Below are positions 10,000 to 20,671 of a DNA stretch of 64,000 nt, piece by piece. The translations under genes and the position numbers were made by a program. Source of the DNA: Bdellovibrionota bacterium FG-1 (lineage in GTDB: Bacteria > Bdellovibrionota > UBA1018); assembly GCA_051382295.1 (NCBI GenBank), contig JBBCAW010000052.1, positions 21,940 through 85,939 of the forward strand, written 5' to 3'. The stretch's first letter is position 1, and every line of letters starts with the position of its first letter. The notes beneath the pieces were generated by a model. That model was not told the origin of the DNA. It worked only from the letters and a program-made list of their open reading frames with translations, and ran no database searches.

Positions 10000-10245
10000 T
10001 TATTTTGCAAGGCCTTTGAGCAGTTGTCCAACAGTTTTCGTCACTTGAGCACCCTTAGCCTGCCATGCCTTCACTTGCTCAAAGTTCACCTTGAGCTTTT
10101 CAGCATCCGTTTTGGCCTTAGGGTAATAGTGGCCGAGCTTATCGAGATAGGCCCCATCGCGCTTCTTAGCTGAATCCACTGCAACCACGAGGTATTGCGG
10201 GTTTTTCTTGGCGCCCTGACGGGACAGACGAATCATCACGCCCAT
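10000..10245 (-). CDS. rpsP: 30S ribosomal protein S16
   Basis: IRLSRQGAKKNPQY.VVAVDS..RDG...LGHYYP and W...GAQ motifs. Confidence 0.97.
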   Translation of the reverse strand: MGVMIRLSRQGAKKNPQYLVVAVDSAKKRDGAYLDKLGHYYPKAKTDAEKLKVNFEQVKAWQAKGAQVTKTVGQLLKGLAK

Positions 10246-10334
10246 TTGAATTATTTCCTTTCAAATCAATAAGTAACAAAAACCTTGTCATTCGAGTTGT
10301 TTTCGAAGAGCTAGGTCATTAACAATTTGTAAGC

Positions 10335-10721
10335 CTAACAACAAGGAGAATCTTTCTTCCAATAGTGTCGAAGGGCCGTTCCAAAGACCCCACCCTGGAT
10401 CTTCAAGTCATCCCAAGTAGGTTTGACAAGCCTCCCAATAGCCCCTGACGGGATGGAATGATCTGGTTTTTCAATCCCAGTCAAAAGTAAAACTGGAATT
10501 TGCTGCGCTTCCAGCTCTTTTAAAAGATCCAGACTCGATTCGCCTGGTAAAACCTCATCCAACAGGACCCAATCTGGCCTTCGACGGGTTAACTCCCGCC
10601 TCGCCTCCCATCCATTTCGAGCGGTACCCGAAACCCGGACCCCCTCCAAGCCGCCCACCACCTGCTCAAGCAAACTCCGCATCGTATCGACGTCCTCAAC
10701 GATCAAAATAGCCAAACTCAC
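10335..10721 (-). CDS. Single-domain response regulator (REC)
   Basis: ILIVED, PDWVLLDEVLPG, VLLLT and LVKP motifs; the GTG start overlaps the hemH stop. Confidence 0.85.
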   Translation of the reverse strand: MSLAILIVEDVDTMRSLLEQVVGGLEGVRVSGTARNGWEARRELTRRRPDWVLLDEVLPGESSLDLLKELEAQQIPVLLLTGIEKPDHSIPSGAIGRLVKPTWDDLKIQGGVFGTALRHYWKKDSPCC

Positions 10722-11812
10722 GCCCCGCCTCCGTCTCGATCCTTTAAAACCATTTGAGTTAAGGCATCCGCCCAAAGATCGGAGGAATTCAACGACGGAA
10801 TCAAATGCAACTGCTCACCGCCCGCCCTGCGAAACATGTCCTCGCCGCGAATTTTGATTTCTTCAAGCGTTTCCAAACAATCCGCAACAAAAGCAGGACA
10901 CATCACCGCCAGGCGCTTCACTCCGCGCGCCGCAAGCTGAGAATACATTTGCTCCGTATAGGGTTGAATCCAAGGCGTCCGACCCAGTCGAGATTGAAAG
11001 CCGATGGAGTACTGATCAGGCGCAAGCTCCAACCTCGAGGCCAAAGCCCTCGCAGTAGCAAAACATTGAGCGCGATAACAATTTCGATTCGACTCAATTA
11101 TTTTTTCACAACATGCTTGCCCCACCAGACAATGAGCGCCACTCGAATCCGTCTTTTTGACCTGCCGTTCGGGCAATCCGTGAAAACTCATCAATAAATG
11201 ATCGAAATTAAATGAGCGGCGATCCTGACGAGCCACCGCCGCGAAAGCATCCAAAAACAGAGCATCGTCGTAAAATTCTCGCCGAAAACTCAGTTCTAAA
11301 CCAGGAGCTACACGACGGGCGATTTGCCGTACCGCTTCACACGAGGACTCAGTGGCCGCCAAAGAGTACTGGGGATAGAGAGGCCACACCGAAACCTGCC
11401 TGATCCCTTCACTTTGAATCCTGAGAAGAGCCCGCTCAATCGAGGGCTGACCATAGCGCATGGCAGAGACCACCTTCCAACCACCGGTCGCCCCAAGATC
11501 CAATCGCTCTTGAACCTTATCCACCAAGGCATAAAGATGCAAAAGAAGCGGAGATCCCGCATCGGTCCATATTTTCTGATAGAGCCGAGCTGATTTTTTT
11601 GGACGAGTCCGCAAAATAATTCCATGCACCAACAACCACCGAAGAGGGGCGGAAATATCGATCACATAAGGGTCCATCAAAAATTCGGCCAGATACTTTT
11701 TGACCTTCTCAGGCGTCGGAGCATCGGGCGTGCCCAAATTAATCAAAAGCAAAGCTTTTTTTAAAGATGCATCCATGCGGAAAGGCATAACCCACTGCCA
11801 CTTCCCCCGCAA
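10718..11812 (-). CDS. hemH: Ferrochelatase
   Basis: LLINLGTPDAP, AMRYGQP, PLYPQYS, SFHGLP, FQSRLG..PWIQP and FVADCLETLEEI motifs. Confidence 0.96.
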   Translation of the reverse strand: MRGKWQWVMPFRMDASLKKALLLINLGTPDAPTPEKVKKYLAEFLMDPYVIDISAPLRWLLVHGIILRTRPKKSARLYQKIWTDAGSPLLLHLYALVDKVQERLDLGATGGWKVVSAMRYGQPSIERALLRIQSEGIRQVSVWPLYPQYSLAATESSCEAVRQIARRVAPGLELSFRREFYDDALFLDAFAAVARQDRRSFNFDHLLMSFHGLPERQVKKTDSSGAHCLVGQACCEKIIESNRNCYRAQCFATARALASRLELAPDQYSIGFQSRLGRTPWIQPYTEQMYSQLAARGVKRLAVMCPAFVADCLETLEEIKIRGEDMFRRAGGEQLHLIPSLNSSDLWADALTQMVLKDRDGGGA

Positions 11813-11814
11813 CC

Positions 11815-12384
11815 CTAGGTGCGGGGATATTCGATTTCCACAATCTCCAAATCCTCGTCGCCGCGAGGAGTCCTGAGCGTGACTACTTCACCCACCCGGT
11901 GATTCAAAAGCGCTCGAGCCATGGGAGAAATCCAGCTAATTTCGCCCATGCCGGCGTTCGCCTCATCGATGCCGACAATCCGAAAAACCCGGATTTTTTC
12001 AGAATCCTCATCGCGAACAGTGACCCGCGCCCCAAATAAAACCAATTCAGAATTTTGGGTGCTGGAATCGATAATCTCAATCGCTTCGAGTCTTTTGGAC
12101 AAAAATCGAATTCGCCGGTCAATCTCCCGGAGTCGTTTTTTGCCGTAAATATAGTCTCCGTTTTCGGAGCGATCCCCATTCGAGGCCGCCCAAGTCACCG
12201 TCCGCACCAAACTAGGCCGCTCCTCATAGAGCAATTGATGTAACTCCGCCTTCAGACGCGCAGCCCCCGCCGGGGTAATGTAGTTTTTGCTCCCTGGAGG
12301 GATCGCGGTGCCCGCCGCCTGCTCGTCAGCTAGATCGGCCGCATCATCTTGTTCGTCGTTTTCTTTAGTAAAGGCTTTGGACAT
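11815..12384 (-). CDS. greB: Transcription elongation factor GreB
   Basis: NYITPAG, WAASNGDRSENGDYIYGKKRLREIDRRIRFL and ISWISPMARAL motifs. Confidence 0.95.
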   Translation of the reverse strand: MSKAFTKENDEQDDAADLADEQAAGTAIPPGSKNYITPAGAARLKAELHQLLYEERPSLVRTVTWAASNGDRSENGDYIYGKKRLREIDRRIRFLSKRLEAIEIIDSSTQNSELVLFGARVTVRDEDSEKIRVFRIVGIDEANAGMGEISWISPMARALLNHRVGEVVTLRTPRGDEDLEIVEIEYPRT

Positions 12385-13736
12385 CAGGCGGTCTCCTGAC
12401 CAATATCGAGGTAGACTTCTTTGGTATCGTCGTTGTAGCCAAAATACTCGGCAAAGCGACCCCAGGAAACCAGCGCCTCAACGATCTCATGGGGGTTTTC
12501 ATTGGGCAACCACTCCCCTACTCGATCCGTGAGAGCCTCAATAGGAACACGCAGGTTGTCTTCCTTTCGTAAAAAATTAGTGGTCATCTGCACGACCCGT
12601 AAAGCACCAAACAACTCATGAAGCATTCGTTTACGAACATTGATGTCTCCATCCACGAAATGCTTTCCCAGCTGAGTCAAAAGGACCCTTTGCTTGGGGG
12701 TTTCAACCAGTTCAAGCAGCTCCGCGCCTTTGACCAAATAGAGGGTTCGGCCAAACTCTTTACCCGTCGAATGAGCCAACTCAAAAATATCAGCCTGCCC
12801 ACCTTGGTCAGAAATCGCCTCCAAAAGTCCAATCATCTCAGTAATCTGAACATTGGGGAGCGACTCAATGGGAGGTTCCTTATAAGGGACCGCAAAGGTC
12901 CCCGCCGGCTGCTGTCGAGAGGCCGCCGCTGCGGCCAATTCTTGAGGCGTAGGGACGTCCGGCATAATCGCTTCGGTGATGAGCGCGTGAATCTGCTGAA
13001 CCATTCGCCGAAAGGGGGCAGATTGATCATCGCGAGGATAAGGCAGATCGTTTAAGATTTCTCTTCGAATATGGCCAGGGTTCACCCCCATAATTAAAAT
13101 TCGACGCGCCATAAATACGGCTTCCTGAATATTATGAGTCACCAAAACCATCGAGCGCGTGGCCGTCTTGTTATCCAAAAAGATCTTAACCATTTCGGCA
13201 CGGAGGGTGTCCGCGGTCAAAACATCCAGCGCACTGAAGGGTTCATCCAAAAAAAGCACCGGCCGTTCCATAACCAGAGCCCGCGCGATCCCCACCCGCT
13301 GCTTCATCCCCCCCGAAAGCTCTCGGGGATAAGCCTCTTCAAAACCCTCCAATCCAACGAGATCAATAGCCTTTTTAACTCGAGAACGCGCATCCGCTGG
13401 GGTTAAATGGAAAGGTTTGAGCGCTAATTCAATATTGGTGTAAACGGTTTCCCACGGAAAAAGTGCGAACGACTGAAAGACCAACGACACATTCAGATTA
13501 ATCCCAGTCAGAGGACGTCCCCGTGAACTCACCTCGCCCCCCGTGGCTTCGGTCAAACCGCTCATGATCCGCAAACAAGTGGACTTTCCTGAGCCTGAAG
13601 GCCCGAGGAGCGCCACCACTTCACTTTCGCCCACCGCGACATTCACATCCCGCAAAACCCGAAGCTCGTTTCCACTTTCAAGCGTGTAAACTTTGTCCAC
13701 ATGCTTGAGCTCGATCAGCGGATCATTTTCACTCAT
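12384..13736 (-). CDS. NitT/TauT-family ABC transporter ATP-binding protein with C-terminal AAA-associated domain
   Basis: GPSGSGKST, LSGGMKQRVG, LDEPFSALD and C-terminal WGRFAEYFGY motifs; ATGA overlap with the permease. Confidence 0.9.
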   Translation of the reverse strand: MSENDPLIELKHVDKVYTLESGNELRVLRDVNVAVGESEVVALLGPSGSGKSTCLRIMSGLTEATGGEVSSRGRPLTGINLNVSLVFQSFALFPWETVYTNIELALKPFHLTPADARSRVKKAIDLVGLEGFEEAYPRELSGGMKQRVGIARALVMERPVLFLDEPFSALDVLTADTLRAEMVKIFLDNKTATRSMVLVTHNIQEAVFMARRILIMGVNPGHIRREILNDLPYPRDDQSAPFRRMVQQIHALITEAIMPDVPTPQELAAAAASRQQPAGTFAVPYKEPPIESLPNVQITEMIGLLEAISDQGGQADIFELAHSTGKEFGRTLYLVKGAELLELVETPKQRVLLTQLGKHFVDGDINVRKRMLHELFGALRVVQMTTNFLRKEDNLRVPIEALTDRVGEWLPNENPHEIVEALVSWGRFAEYFGYNDDTKEVYLDIGQETA

Positions 13737-15562
13737 GACAAATCCATTCTGAAGCGAGTTTGAGCCAGCCGATAAACGGGAGCCCAAAGCACGCGATTGA
13801 AAAAGATCACCACAAAAACCATCAAAGTAAGACTGGCGGCCAGGGTTCTGAAGTCGCCACTCGCCGTGGCCGTGCTAATGCTCGCACCTAAGCCGCTGGT
13901 CCGCAGCGCATGCCCCCGAAAAGGAACTATTTCCGCCACCATGCTCGCGTTCCACGCCCCCCCTGCCGCGGTCACCCAACCCGTCACCAAAGCCGGAAAC
14001 ACACTGGGCAGATAAAGCATGCGCCATTGCAACCACCGAGGAGTTTCCATCAATTCGAGCGCATATTTAAGTTCGCGCGGCACCCGCATGGCCCCCGCCA
14101 AAACATTGAAAAGAATGTACCACTGGACCCCCAACATCATGAGAAACATGGACCCCCAGTCAAAATTGATTCCTAGCAGAAAAAAAATTCCTAGGGCTAA
14201 CGGATAGAGCATGGGCGCCGGAAAGGAGGCCAGAACCTGAATCAAAGGTTGCGCCAACCGCATGCGCCGCGCATTGATTCCTAACCAAATCCCCACAGGA
14301 ACCGCCCAAAGGGTGCTCAAACCCAGGGCAATCATCACCCGCATCAAGGTCCAAAAGGTATTTCTGATCAAGACCACCCAGGTTGCCACGGACACGGTCA
14401 GGAGCACCTTTAATAACGACCAGGCGCCATACAGGAGCGCACACAACACGAGCAAGCCCAATAAACGTTCTAACCCTCGCATCAGCCAAGGGTCATGACG
14501 GGTCCTGGCAATTTTTTTGAGCAATAAGCGCATCCGCGCCGAGTCCAGAGGGCCCAGCTCGGGATCAAACACATCGATTGACGCAATCGTTGACGTTTCC
14601 AGGGAGATTTTCGCCTTGGCTGATGAATCTAAAAGCCCTACGCGCGCTGCCAACGCCCGTCGCGCGCCTCGCCACCTCCGCCACTCGATTTCTAACCATC
14701 GAATGATTTTGGATTCTCTCAGCATGATCGACATCAGCGGCGGATCTCCTAACCCGCCCTGCACCTCTTCGAGCCTAAATCGTTGCACCCAAGAAAGAAC
14801 GGGGCGCCAAAAGAAAAAATCCATGGAGATGATCAGCCCCATCATGGCCAAAACCCCCAACACCATGGCCCGGCGATTGTCCTGCGAAATAGCCACCGCC
14901 ATATACGCCCCCACTCCGGGCAGGCGGTATTCTCGGTCGCCAAACTTAGAGGCCTCACAGACATTCAAAAAGAACCACCCCCCCGCCATGGACATTAAAC
15001 TATTCCAGGCCAAGTTGACCGCCGAATAGGGAAGTTCGACCTTAACGAGACGTTGCCACCAGCTCAAGCCGATCACGGTCGCGGCTTCGGTCAAATCCGT
15101 CGGAACCGACTTCAGCGAGGCGTAATAGCTGAAGGTCATATTCCAGACCTGACCAGTAAAAATCATCAAAATGGCGGCAAGCTCAATTCCAGTATTACTA
15201 TGGGGGAACAAAGCGATCAACGCGAGTAACAGGCCCGGTAAAAAGCCCAAGACCGGAATACTCTGCAAAATATCTAGCATCGGTATAATAAAACGTTCAG
15301 CCTGCCGGTTCTTTGCCGCAATAAAACCGACCACCAGCGTAAAGGCCAATGAAATTAAATAGGCAACCGTGCCCCGAATGCCGGAAAGCAAGGTGTAATA
15401 CAGTAATGAGCCCACCGACAAACTAATATTCGTCACCGGGTTGTATTCGGCCCGCCACTCTCGCCCAATAGACACCAAGCCATAAATCGCCGTACCGACC
15501 AAAAAACAAATGATCAGATCCGGAATCGAAAAATATTTCTTAGCGAATACTGTGCGTTGCAT
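13733..15562 (-). CDS. NitT/TauT-family ABC transporter permease (two BPD_transp_1 domains)
   Basis: DILQSIPVLGFL, FTGQVWNMTFS, WNSLMSMAGGWFFL and GGAWNASMVAE motifs; many transmembrane segments. Confidence 0.9.
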   Translation of the reverse strand: MQRTVFAKKYFSIPDLIICFLVGTAIYGLVSIGREWRAEYNPVTNISLSVGSLLYYTLLSGIRGTVAYLISLAFTLVVGFIAAKNRQAERFIIPMLDILQSIPVLGFLPGLLLALIALFPHSNTGIELAAILMIFTGQVWNMTFSYYASLKSVPTDLTEAATVIGLSWWQRLVKVELPYSAVNLAWNSLMSMAGGWFFLNVCEASKFGDREYRLPGVGAYMAVAISQDNRRAMVLGVLAMMGLIISMDFFFWRPVLSWVQRFRLEEVQGGLGDPPLMSIMLRESKIIRWLEIEWRRWRGARRALAARVGLLDSSAKAKISLETSTIASIDVFDPELGPLDSARMRLLLKKIARTRHDPWLMRGLERLLGLLVLCALLYGAWSLLKVLLTVSVATWVVLIRNTFWTLMRVMIALGLSTLWAVPVGIWLGINARRMRLAQPLIQVLASFPAPMLYPLALGIFFLLGINFDWGSMFLMMLGVQWYILFNVLAGAMRVPRELKYALELMETPRWLQWRMLYLPSVFPALVTGWVTAAGGAWNASMVAEIVPFRGHALRTSGLGASISTATASGDFRTLAASLTLMVFVVIFFNRVLWAPVYRLAQTRFRMDLS

Positions 15563-15575
15563 GAATCAATATCAA

Positions 15576-16049
15576 TCACTGCTTTTCGAGCACATCTAAC
15601 ATCGCGTTGATCGCCTGTCCCACCTCTTGAAAATCATCATGGGGGCGCAAATGAACTCGTGCTCTCACATCCCCCCCCCGAACAGCATCACAGACCCGCC
15701 GAATATGAAACATCGGCCCCGCCGCGCGATGCGAAAAGACCAGACCGACCACGCTGGTCACCAGCAAAAATGAGGCACTCCCCCCCAATAAAAAACCCAC
15801 GATTTGATGAAGCTCATGATAAAGCTGCCCCTTGGCTTCGTCCGTCATCGGACTAAGCTCCACCAAGAGCGCATAGTTTTCGCGGGTAAAAAGGTAAAAT
15901 ATCGTTGCATTAATGGCGACCAATGCCAACCCAGTCAGCGTCACCCAAAAAATATACCGCCCCTGAAACTGGGGATTGATCCAATAATTACGAAGATGCC
16001 TGCGATTTCTTATTTTGCCGTGAGAGTTGATTTCGGACATTGTGGACAC
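15576..16049 (-). CDS. Small two-transmembrane HAMP-like protein
   Basis: INPQFQGRY, SHRAAGPMF and VHLRPHDDFQEV..AIN pattern. Confidence 0.7.
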   Translation of the reverse strand: MSTMSEINSHGKIRNRRHLRNYWINPQFQGRYIFWVTLTGLALVAINATIFYLFTRENYALLVELSPMTDEAKGQLYHELHQIVGFLLGGSASFLLVTSVVGLVFSHRAAGPMFHIRRVCDAVRGGDVRARVHLRPHDDFQEVGQAINAMLDVLEKQ

Positions 16050-16366
16050 CCCGCTTTTTTAAATTCATCGAGCTTGGAAGACCGATTATTGCTCGCGGCC
16101 TCAACCCGAGCTGACAGCACCACTAAATTCGAGGAAATCTTGATTCTTTGGGAGGCCGCCTCGGTCGAAATTTTTTGAAACAGCTCTTTATTCATACTCA
16201 AGAGTTGACTCAATTTTTCATGCTGTTTATTCAAAGCAATCCATTCACCCGCATATTTTCGACACATATCACAATCAGGAGAAGCCTGTGCAGAAGAATT
16301 GCGCACTAAAAATGCAAACGCCATTAACCCGAACAGCCGATAGCCTCTCAAAAAATTCAATTTCAT
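16010..16366 (-). CDS. Hypothetical exported protein with two CxxC pairs
   Basis: Signal peptide ending AQA, CDMC and CPQC, helical middle region. Confidence 0.6.
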   Translation of the reverse strand: MKLNFLRGYRLFGLMAFAFLVRNSSAQASPDCDMCRKYAGEWIALNKQHEKLSQLLSMNKELFQKISTEAASQRIKISSNLVVLSARVEAASNNRSSKLDEFKKAGCPQCPKSTLTAK

Positions 16367-16543
16367 AACACTCCCAAGGGTGACCTGATTTTTCTAGTTT
16401 GCCCGAGACCAATCCTCCCGTCCAGTCCCTTAAATAACCTGTTTTGACCGGGAAATTTATGCCTATCCTTTATTTAAAAAATAGAGTTTTTCCGTTTCTG
16501 TCCGGATTTTTTCATCCTACACTGAAGACTAAGGACTCCTGAC

Positions 16544-17956
16544 TTGATGAACTGGCCCTATCGCTCCCTCATCAGCGCCCTGATGGTTTTCGCGCTCACC
16601 GCCCAGGCGCAACCACGGGCGCCGTTACCCACGCCGCAACCTGCGCAAAAACTAGGCGCTGAACCCCTGACCCTTGAAAAAGCGATCAAACGGGCCGTCG
16701 CCAATAACCGCCCCATGCAGGCCCAACGCTTAAGTCTCAGATCCTCAGAGATCGGCTATGATAACGCCTGGGATCAGATGTTTATGCCAGGGATCGCCCT
16801 CAGATTAAATTCGACCTCGACTTATACGGTAGGCCATCTTCCCGGAGACCTGCACACTGCCCAGGGCAACGCCACTGACCTGCATGGCTACCCTGCCTCA
16901 TCCGCAGGATTGACTTTGGGCAGTTACACGCTTTTCAATTTTTGGCGCGACTGGAATGCCTACGAACAGGCCCGCCTAGATTGGACGCGCACTAAAGAAA
17001 TGTTTAGCGAAAGCGTGAGACAGTTGCGCTTTCAGGTCACCACCCAGTTTTTTACCCTCAAAATCGAGCAGGAAAAAGTCGATGCGGGAAAGCGCTCCGT
17101 CGATATTGCCGAGGCCATTGTAGAACTCGTCAAATCCCGCGTTAAAAAGGGGAGCGCGACGGAATCCGATGTCTCCTCGGCGACCGTTGATCTACTCAAC
17201 TCCCAAAACGACCTTGGGTCTCGCATGACCGCCGCGAAAATGGCACTTTGGACTTTAAATCAGACCTTAGGAGACCCCATCGATACGCTCTATGCCGTGC
17301 AAGGCGCTATTCAATTCGTCCCGCTCAAACTCACGCCTGATCAAGCCCTTAAGATCTATATGGATCAATCGCCCAGCATGAAGAATGCAAAAAAAGACCT
17401 CAAAAAGGCCGACCTTTCCGTCGAAGTCGCTGAAAAAAGCCAACTCCCCCTTCCGACGATTTCCTTTAGTGGCATCACCGTCGGATACACCAATGGTTAT
17501 TATGGAAGTGGTCATGAATACACCTCGGGCAGCGGCGTCAACCTCGACGTTTCGGCCGGAATCAGTCTTTCCATCCCTATCCTAGGACCCGGGGGATTCT
17601 TAGGCTCCCGCAATGTCGAATCGGCCCGCATCAGCCGCACTCAAACCGAACTCAACTATCAAGAAACCGGAAATCGTGACGCCGTCAATATCTATAACGC
17701 CATTTACCGAATTCAACGAACGGAAGAGGCCATTGCGAATAATAAACAAACCTTTGAGCGAAGTACGGCCCTTTTGGATAGTCTAGTGGGTAAACTTTCT
17801 TCTGAAACCACTTCCCGGCTTGAGATCCGCGATGCGATCAACCAGGCCCGCTCCAGTGAAATTCAGCTACTGGATACCAACCTAGGCCACCTCAACGACA
17901 AACTGGGACTCGCGGCCTTGATCGGTCTTGACCACCTCCCGGGAGACCCTTACTGA
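16544..17956 (+). CDS. TolC-family outer-membrane efflux protein
   Basis: Signal peptide, LTLEKAIKRAVANN and two OEP-like helical repeats. Confidence 0.85.
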   Translation: MMNWPYRSLISALMVFALTAQAQPRAPLPTPQPAQKLGAEPLTLEKAIKRAVANNRPMQAQRLSLRSSEIGYDNAWDQMFMPGIALRLNSTSTYTVGHLPGDLHTAQGNATDLHGYPASSAGLTLGSYTLFNFWRDWNAYEQARLDWTRTKEMFSESVRQLRFQVTTQFFTLKIEQEKVDAGKRSVDIAEAIVELVKSRVKKGSATESDVSSATVDLLNSQNDLGSRMTAAKMALWTLNQTLGDPIDTLYAVQGAIQFVPLKLTPDQALKIYMDQSPSMKNAKKDLKKADLSVEVAEKSQLPLPTISFSGITVGYTNGYYGSGHEYTSGSGVNLDVSAGISLSIPILGPGGFLGSRNVESARISRTQTELNYQETGNRDAVNIYNAIYRIQRTEEAIANNKQTFERSTALLDSLVGKLSSETTSRLEIRDAINQARSSEIQLLDTNLGHLNDKLGLAALIGLDHLPGDPY

Positions 17957-18672
17957 TGATGTCACTCAAAGGGCACAAGATCCGCTGCAGGGTAGGCCTG
18001 GTGCTTTGCGCATTCCTTGTTTTTCAAACTTCCCCCGTCTGGGCAATCGGAAAAAATACCAGTTTCACTCCCCCGCAAGGCATTTATAGCATCCCCGTCC
18101 AACGAGGTTGGATGACGTCGCTGGAGGTGAATGGCCTTTTAGGTGCGCACCCCGGGGGGCACCAAGGCTTTGCGACCGCTGTTCGGCTTCAAAGGGAATT
18201 TGTGGGACTCAGCTTGAGTTTGAACTATGGAAAAGCTATTTATGGCGACATTTCGGCGATGCCCGACCCTTCAGACTTCAACGGCACAGCCTCCTCGTCT
18301 AACTTTGATGCCGAAATCAATCGCGCCAGGAGTGGCAGCGACAAATGGAATTATTGGATCATCGAACCGGAGATTTTCATTTCCGGCAGGCTTTCCCCTG
18401 ATTTGCTTCCACTTCTTTGTGAACGCGGCCGTTTTGGCTTAGGTTTTGGGCATTTTAACGACACGATCAACAGCCTGACCTTTTCGGGCACGACGTTTTC
18501 GTACCACTTTGAGCTCGGATTGCGCTTAGGCATTCATAGCCGCTGGATTCTCTGGGCCGGCCTAGGCCACGAAGCCGGAAGCCTACTGGCCAGCAACGGT
18601 CATGGCGAATCCACCGATCGGCTCCCCATTTCGTGGCTATCCGAGACTTTAGCCCTCGGCTTTTCGTTCTAA
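17956..18672 (+). CDS. Hypothetical outer-membrane beta-barrel protein
   Basis: Signal peptide, amphipathic strands and terminal LALGFSF; coupled to the TolC gene. Confidence 0.55.
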   Translation: MMSLKGHKIRCRVGLVLCAFLVFQTSPVWAIGKNTSFTPPQGIYSIPVQRGWMTSLEVNGLLGAHPGGHQGFATAVRLQREFVGLSLSLNYGKAIYGDISAMPDPSDFNGTASSSNFDAEINRARSGSDKWNYWIIEPEIFISGRLSPDLLPLLCERGRFGLGFGHFNDTINSLTFSGTTFSYHFELGLRLGIHSRWILWAGLGHEAGSLLASNGHGESTDRLPISWLSETLALGFSF

Positions 18673-18691
18673 ACCGGCTAAAAAGGGCCTT

Positions 18692-19681
18692 ATGTCTCAG
18701 ACGAAACCCCTCTTTCCTATGCTTGTGACCGGAGCGGCCGGTTTTATTGGCAGTACCTTTGTACGATCTTGTGCCGATCAAGGACGCGCTGTCATTTCAG
18801 TCGATCGACGTTCTCATTTTGCGGACCGCCCTGAGCACCAGGACATCGACTTTGGCACCATCATTGATCGGGACGAACTGTTCAGCTGGCTAGACAACGC
18901 ACAGCCTCGGCTCTCGGCCATTGTGCACATCGGCGCCTGCTCCAACACGACCGAAACGGATGAGGCCTTTTTACGGAGAAACAATGTCGAATATTCGCAA
19001 AGGCTTTGGGAGTATGCGAGAATCCACAAACTTCCCTTCGTTTATGCCAGTAGCGCAGCGACTTATGGGGATGGAAGCCTCGGTTACGACGATGACGAAT
19101 CCCGCCTCCCTGCGCTTCAACCGCTGAATCTTTATGGCTGCTCCAAACATCTCTTTGATATCTGGGCACTGGAGCAAGAGCAAAAGGGCCAACACCCTCC
19201 GATTTGGTCGGGCTTCAAATTTTTCAATGTTTATGGATTTGGCGAGCGCCACAAAAAAGCCATGGCCAGCGTGATTCTTCACGCGTTTGATCAGCTTCAA
19301 GCCACCGGCAAACTCAAGCTTTTCAGGAGTCATCGCACCGACATTCTGGACGGCCACCAAAGTCGCGACTTTGTTCATGTCGATGATGTCGTGAAAGTAC
19401 TCCATTTCGCTCTAGAAAAACCCATCCTCCGGGGAATTTACAACCTCGGGACCGGACAGGCGCGCACGTTTTTGGACCTAGGGCGCGCTGTTTTTTCTGC
19501 CTTGGAAATACCTGAGCAAATTGAATTCATCGATACTCCCCTCCAACTCCGAGATAAATATCAATACTTTACTGAGGCCCGGATGAACCGTCTCAGGGCA
19601 CAGGGCTATGCGCAGCCCTTTATTCCTTTCGAAAAAGGAACTCAGGAATATATCGGGAGACTGAAAAAACAGTTGCACTAA
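18692..19681 (+). CDS. hldD: ADP-L-glycero-D-manno-heptose 6-epimerase
   Basis: VTGAAGFIGS, HIGACSNT, YASSAATYG, PLNLYGCSK, FFNVYG..E.HK..MAS and YQYFTEA motifs. Confidence 0.93.
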   Translation: MSQTKPLFPMLVTGAAGFIGSTFVRSCADQGRAVISVDRRSHFADRPEHQDIDFGTIIDRDELFSWLDNAQPRLSAIVHIGACSNTTETDEAFLRRNNVEYSQRLWEYARIHKLPFVYASSAATYGDGSLGYDDDESRLPALQPLNLYGCSKHLFDIWALEQEQKGQHPPIWSGFKFFNVYGFGERHKKAMASVILHAFDQLQATGKLKLFRSHRTDILDGHQSRDFVHVDDVVKVLHFALEKPILRGIYNLGTGQARTFLDLGRAVFSALEIPEQIEFIDTPLQLRDKYQYFTEARMNRLRAQGYAQPFIPFEKGTQEYIGRLKKQLH

Positions 19682-19726
19682 ATGACGCCTTGCATTATCT
19701 CCTTTTCTATTCAGGAGAATCGTCCC

Positions 19727-20554
19727 ATGCAAAGAACTGTTTTAAACCTATCGTTAGCGTTTGGCCTCATGGTTTTAAGCCCCCTTCATGCTCAGGCTGA
19801 TTGCCGTGCCAATCCCTGCGGCGAAAACGTTGCGGGACGTCGACACACCAATGGAGGGGGCTTCGTGGCTGACACCGCTCGGGTTGATGCGACCGCTTTT
19901 GTGGGTCCGACGGCCAACGTCTGCGCCCGCGCTCGAGTCTTAGAGAATGCCGCGGTCAAAGATTGCGCAATTATCGACGACGACGCCGTTGTCTATGGTC
20001 ATGCCGTGGTCGACGACTTTGCGGTGATCCAGGGACAGGCGAGGGTTGCTGATTATGCTGGGGTCCATGGCACTTCCTTTGTTCAGGATAATGCCAAACT
20101 TTGGAACAAAGCCGCCCTTTTTGGGGGAGCCTTGGTCGGTGGCAATGCCCAAGTCTATGGTCTAGCTCAGATCTCCGGAACTGCCCATATCATTGAAAAC
20201 GCATCGGTTTTTGGCCAAGCTGCCGTTTCGGACTCGGCCCTCGTCTTTGGCTCCGCGACGATTGCTGACACCCGCCCCTCGATCGCCCTTTATCACAATA
20301 CAAAAGTGACGGGTGATTCGCAGATCTCTGGAACGGCTAAGATTCTCGATGGTGCAAGCACGTGGAACTATGCTCGAGTCTTTGAAAATGCCACTATTAC
20401 GGGCGAATCAACGATTGGCTGCAATGCCTGGGCGTATGGCAATGCTTACATCGACAATAAGAGCAACATTAGCGGAGATGCCCGAGTCGGAGGGGGTTTT
20501 CACACCTCGCACGACGTGGTCGAACGCGACATTCACACCATCAGTTTGCAGTGA
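19727..20554 (+). CDS. Exported left-handed beta-helix (hexapeptide repeat) protein
   Basis: RBS AGGAGA, signal peptide, RRHTNGGGFVA and many A.V.G/D hexapeptides. Confidence 0.8.
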   Translation: MQRTVLNLSLAFGLMVLSPLHAQADCRANPCGENVAGRRHTNGGGFVADTARVDATAFVGPTANVCARARVLENAAVKDCAIIDDDAVVYGHAVVDDFAVIQGQARVADYAGVHGTSFVQDNAKLWNKAALFGGALVGGNAQVYGLAQISGTAHIIENASVFGQAAVSDSALVFGSATIADTRPSIALYHNTKVTGDSQISGTAKILDGASTWNYARVFENATITGESTIGCNAWAYGNAYIDNKSNISGDARVGGGFHTSHDVVERDIHTISLQ

Positions 20555-20671
20555 GCTGCATAACGTACTTGTCATTTCGCCGGCTTTTTTGTATGCCCAC
20601 TAGCGAACCGGCCCTGGCTCAAAGCCAGAATCCTTGAATTAAACAATGGTCGGTGATTGAAAGGAAGCCAC

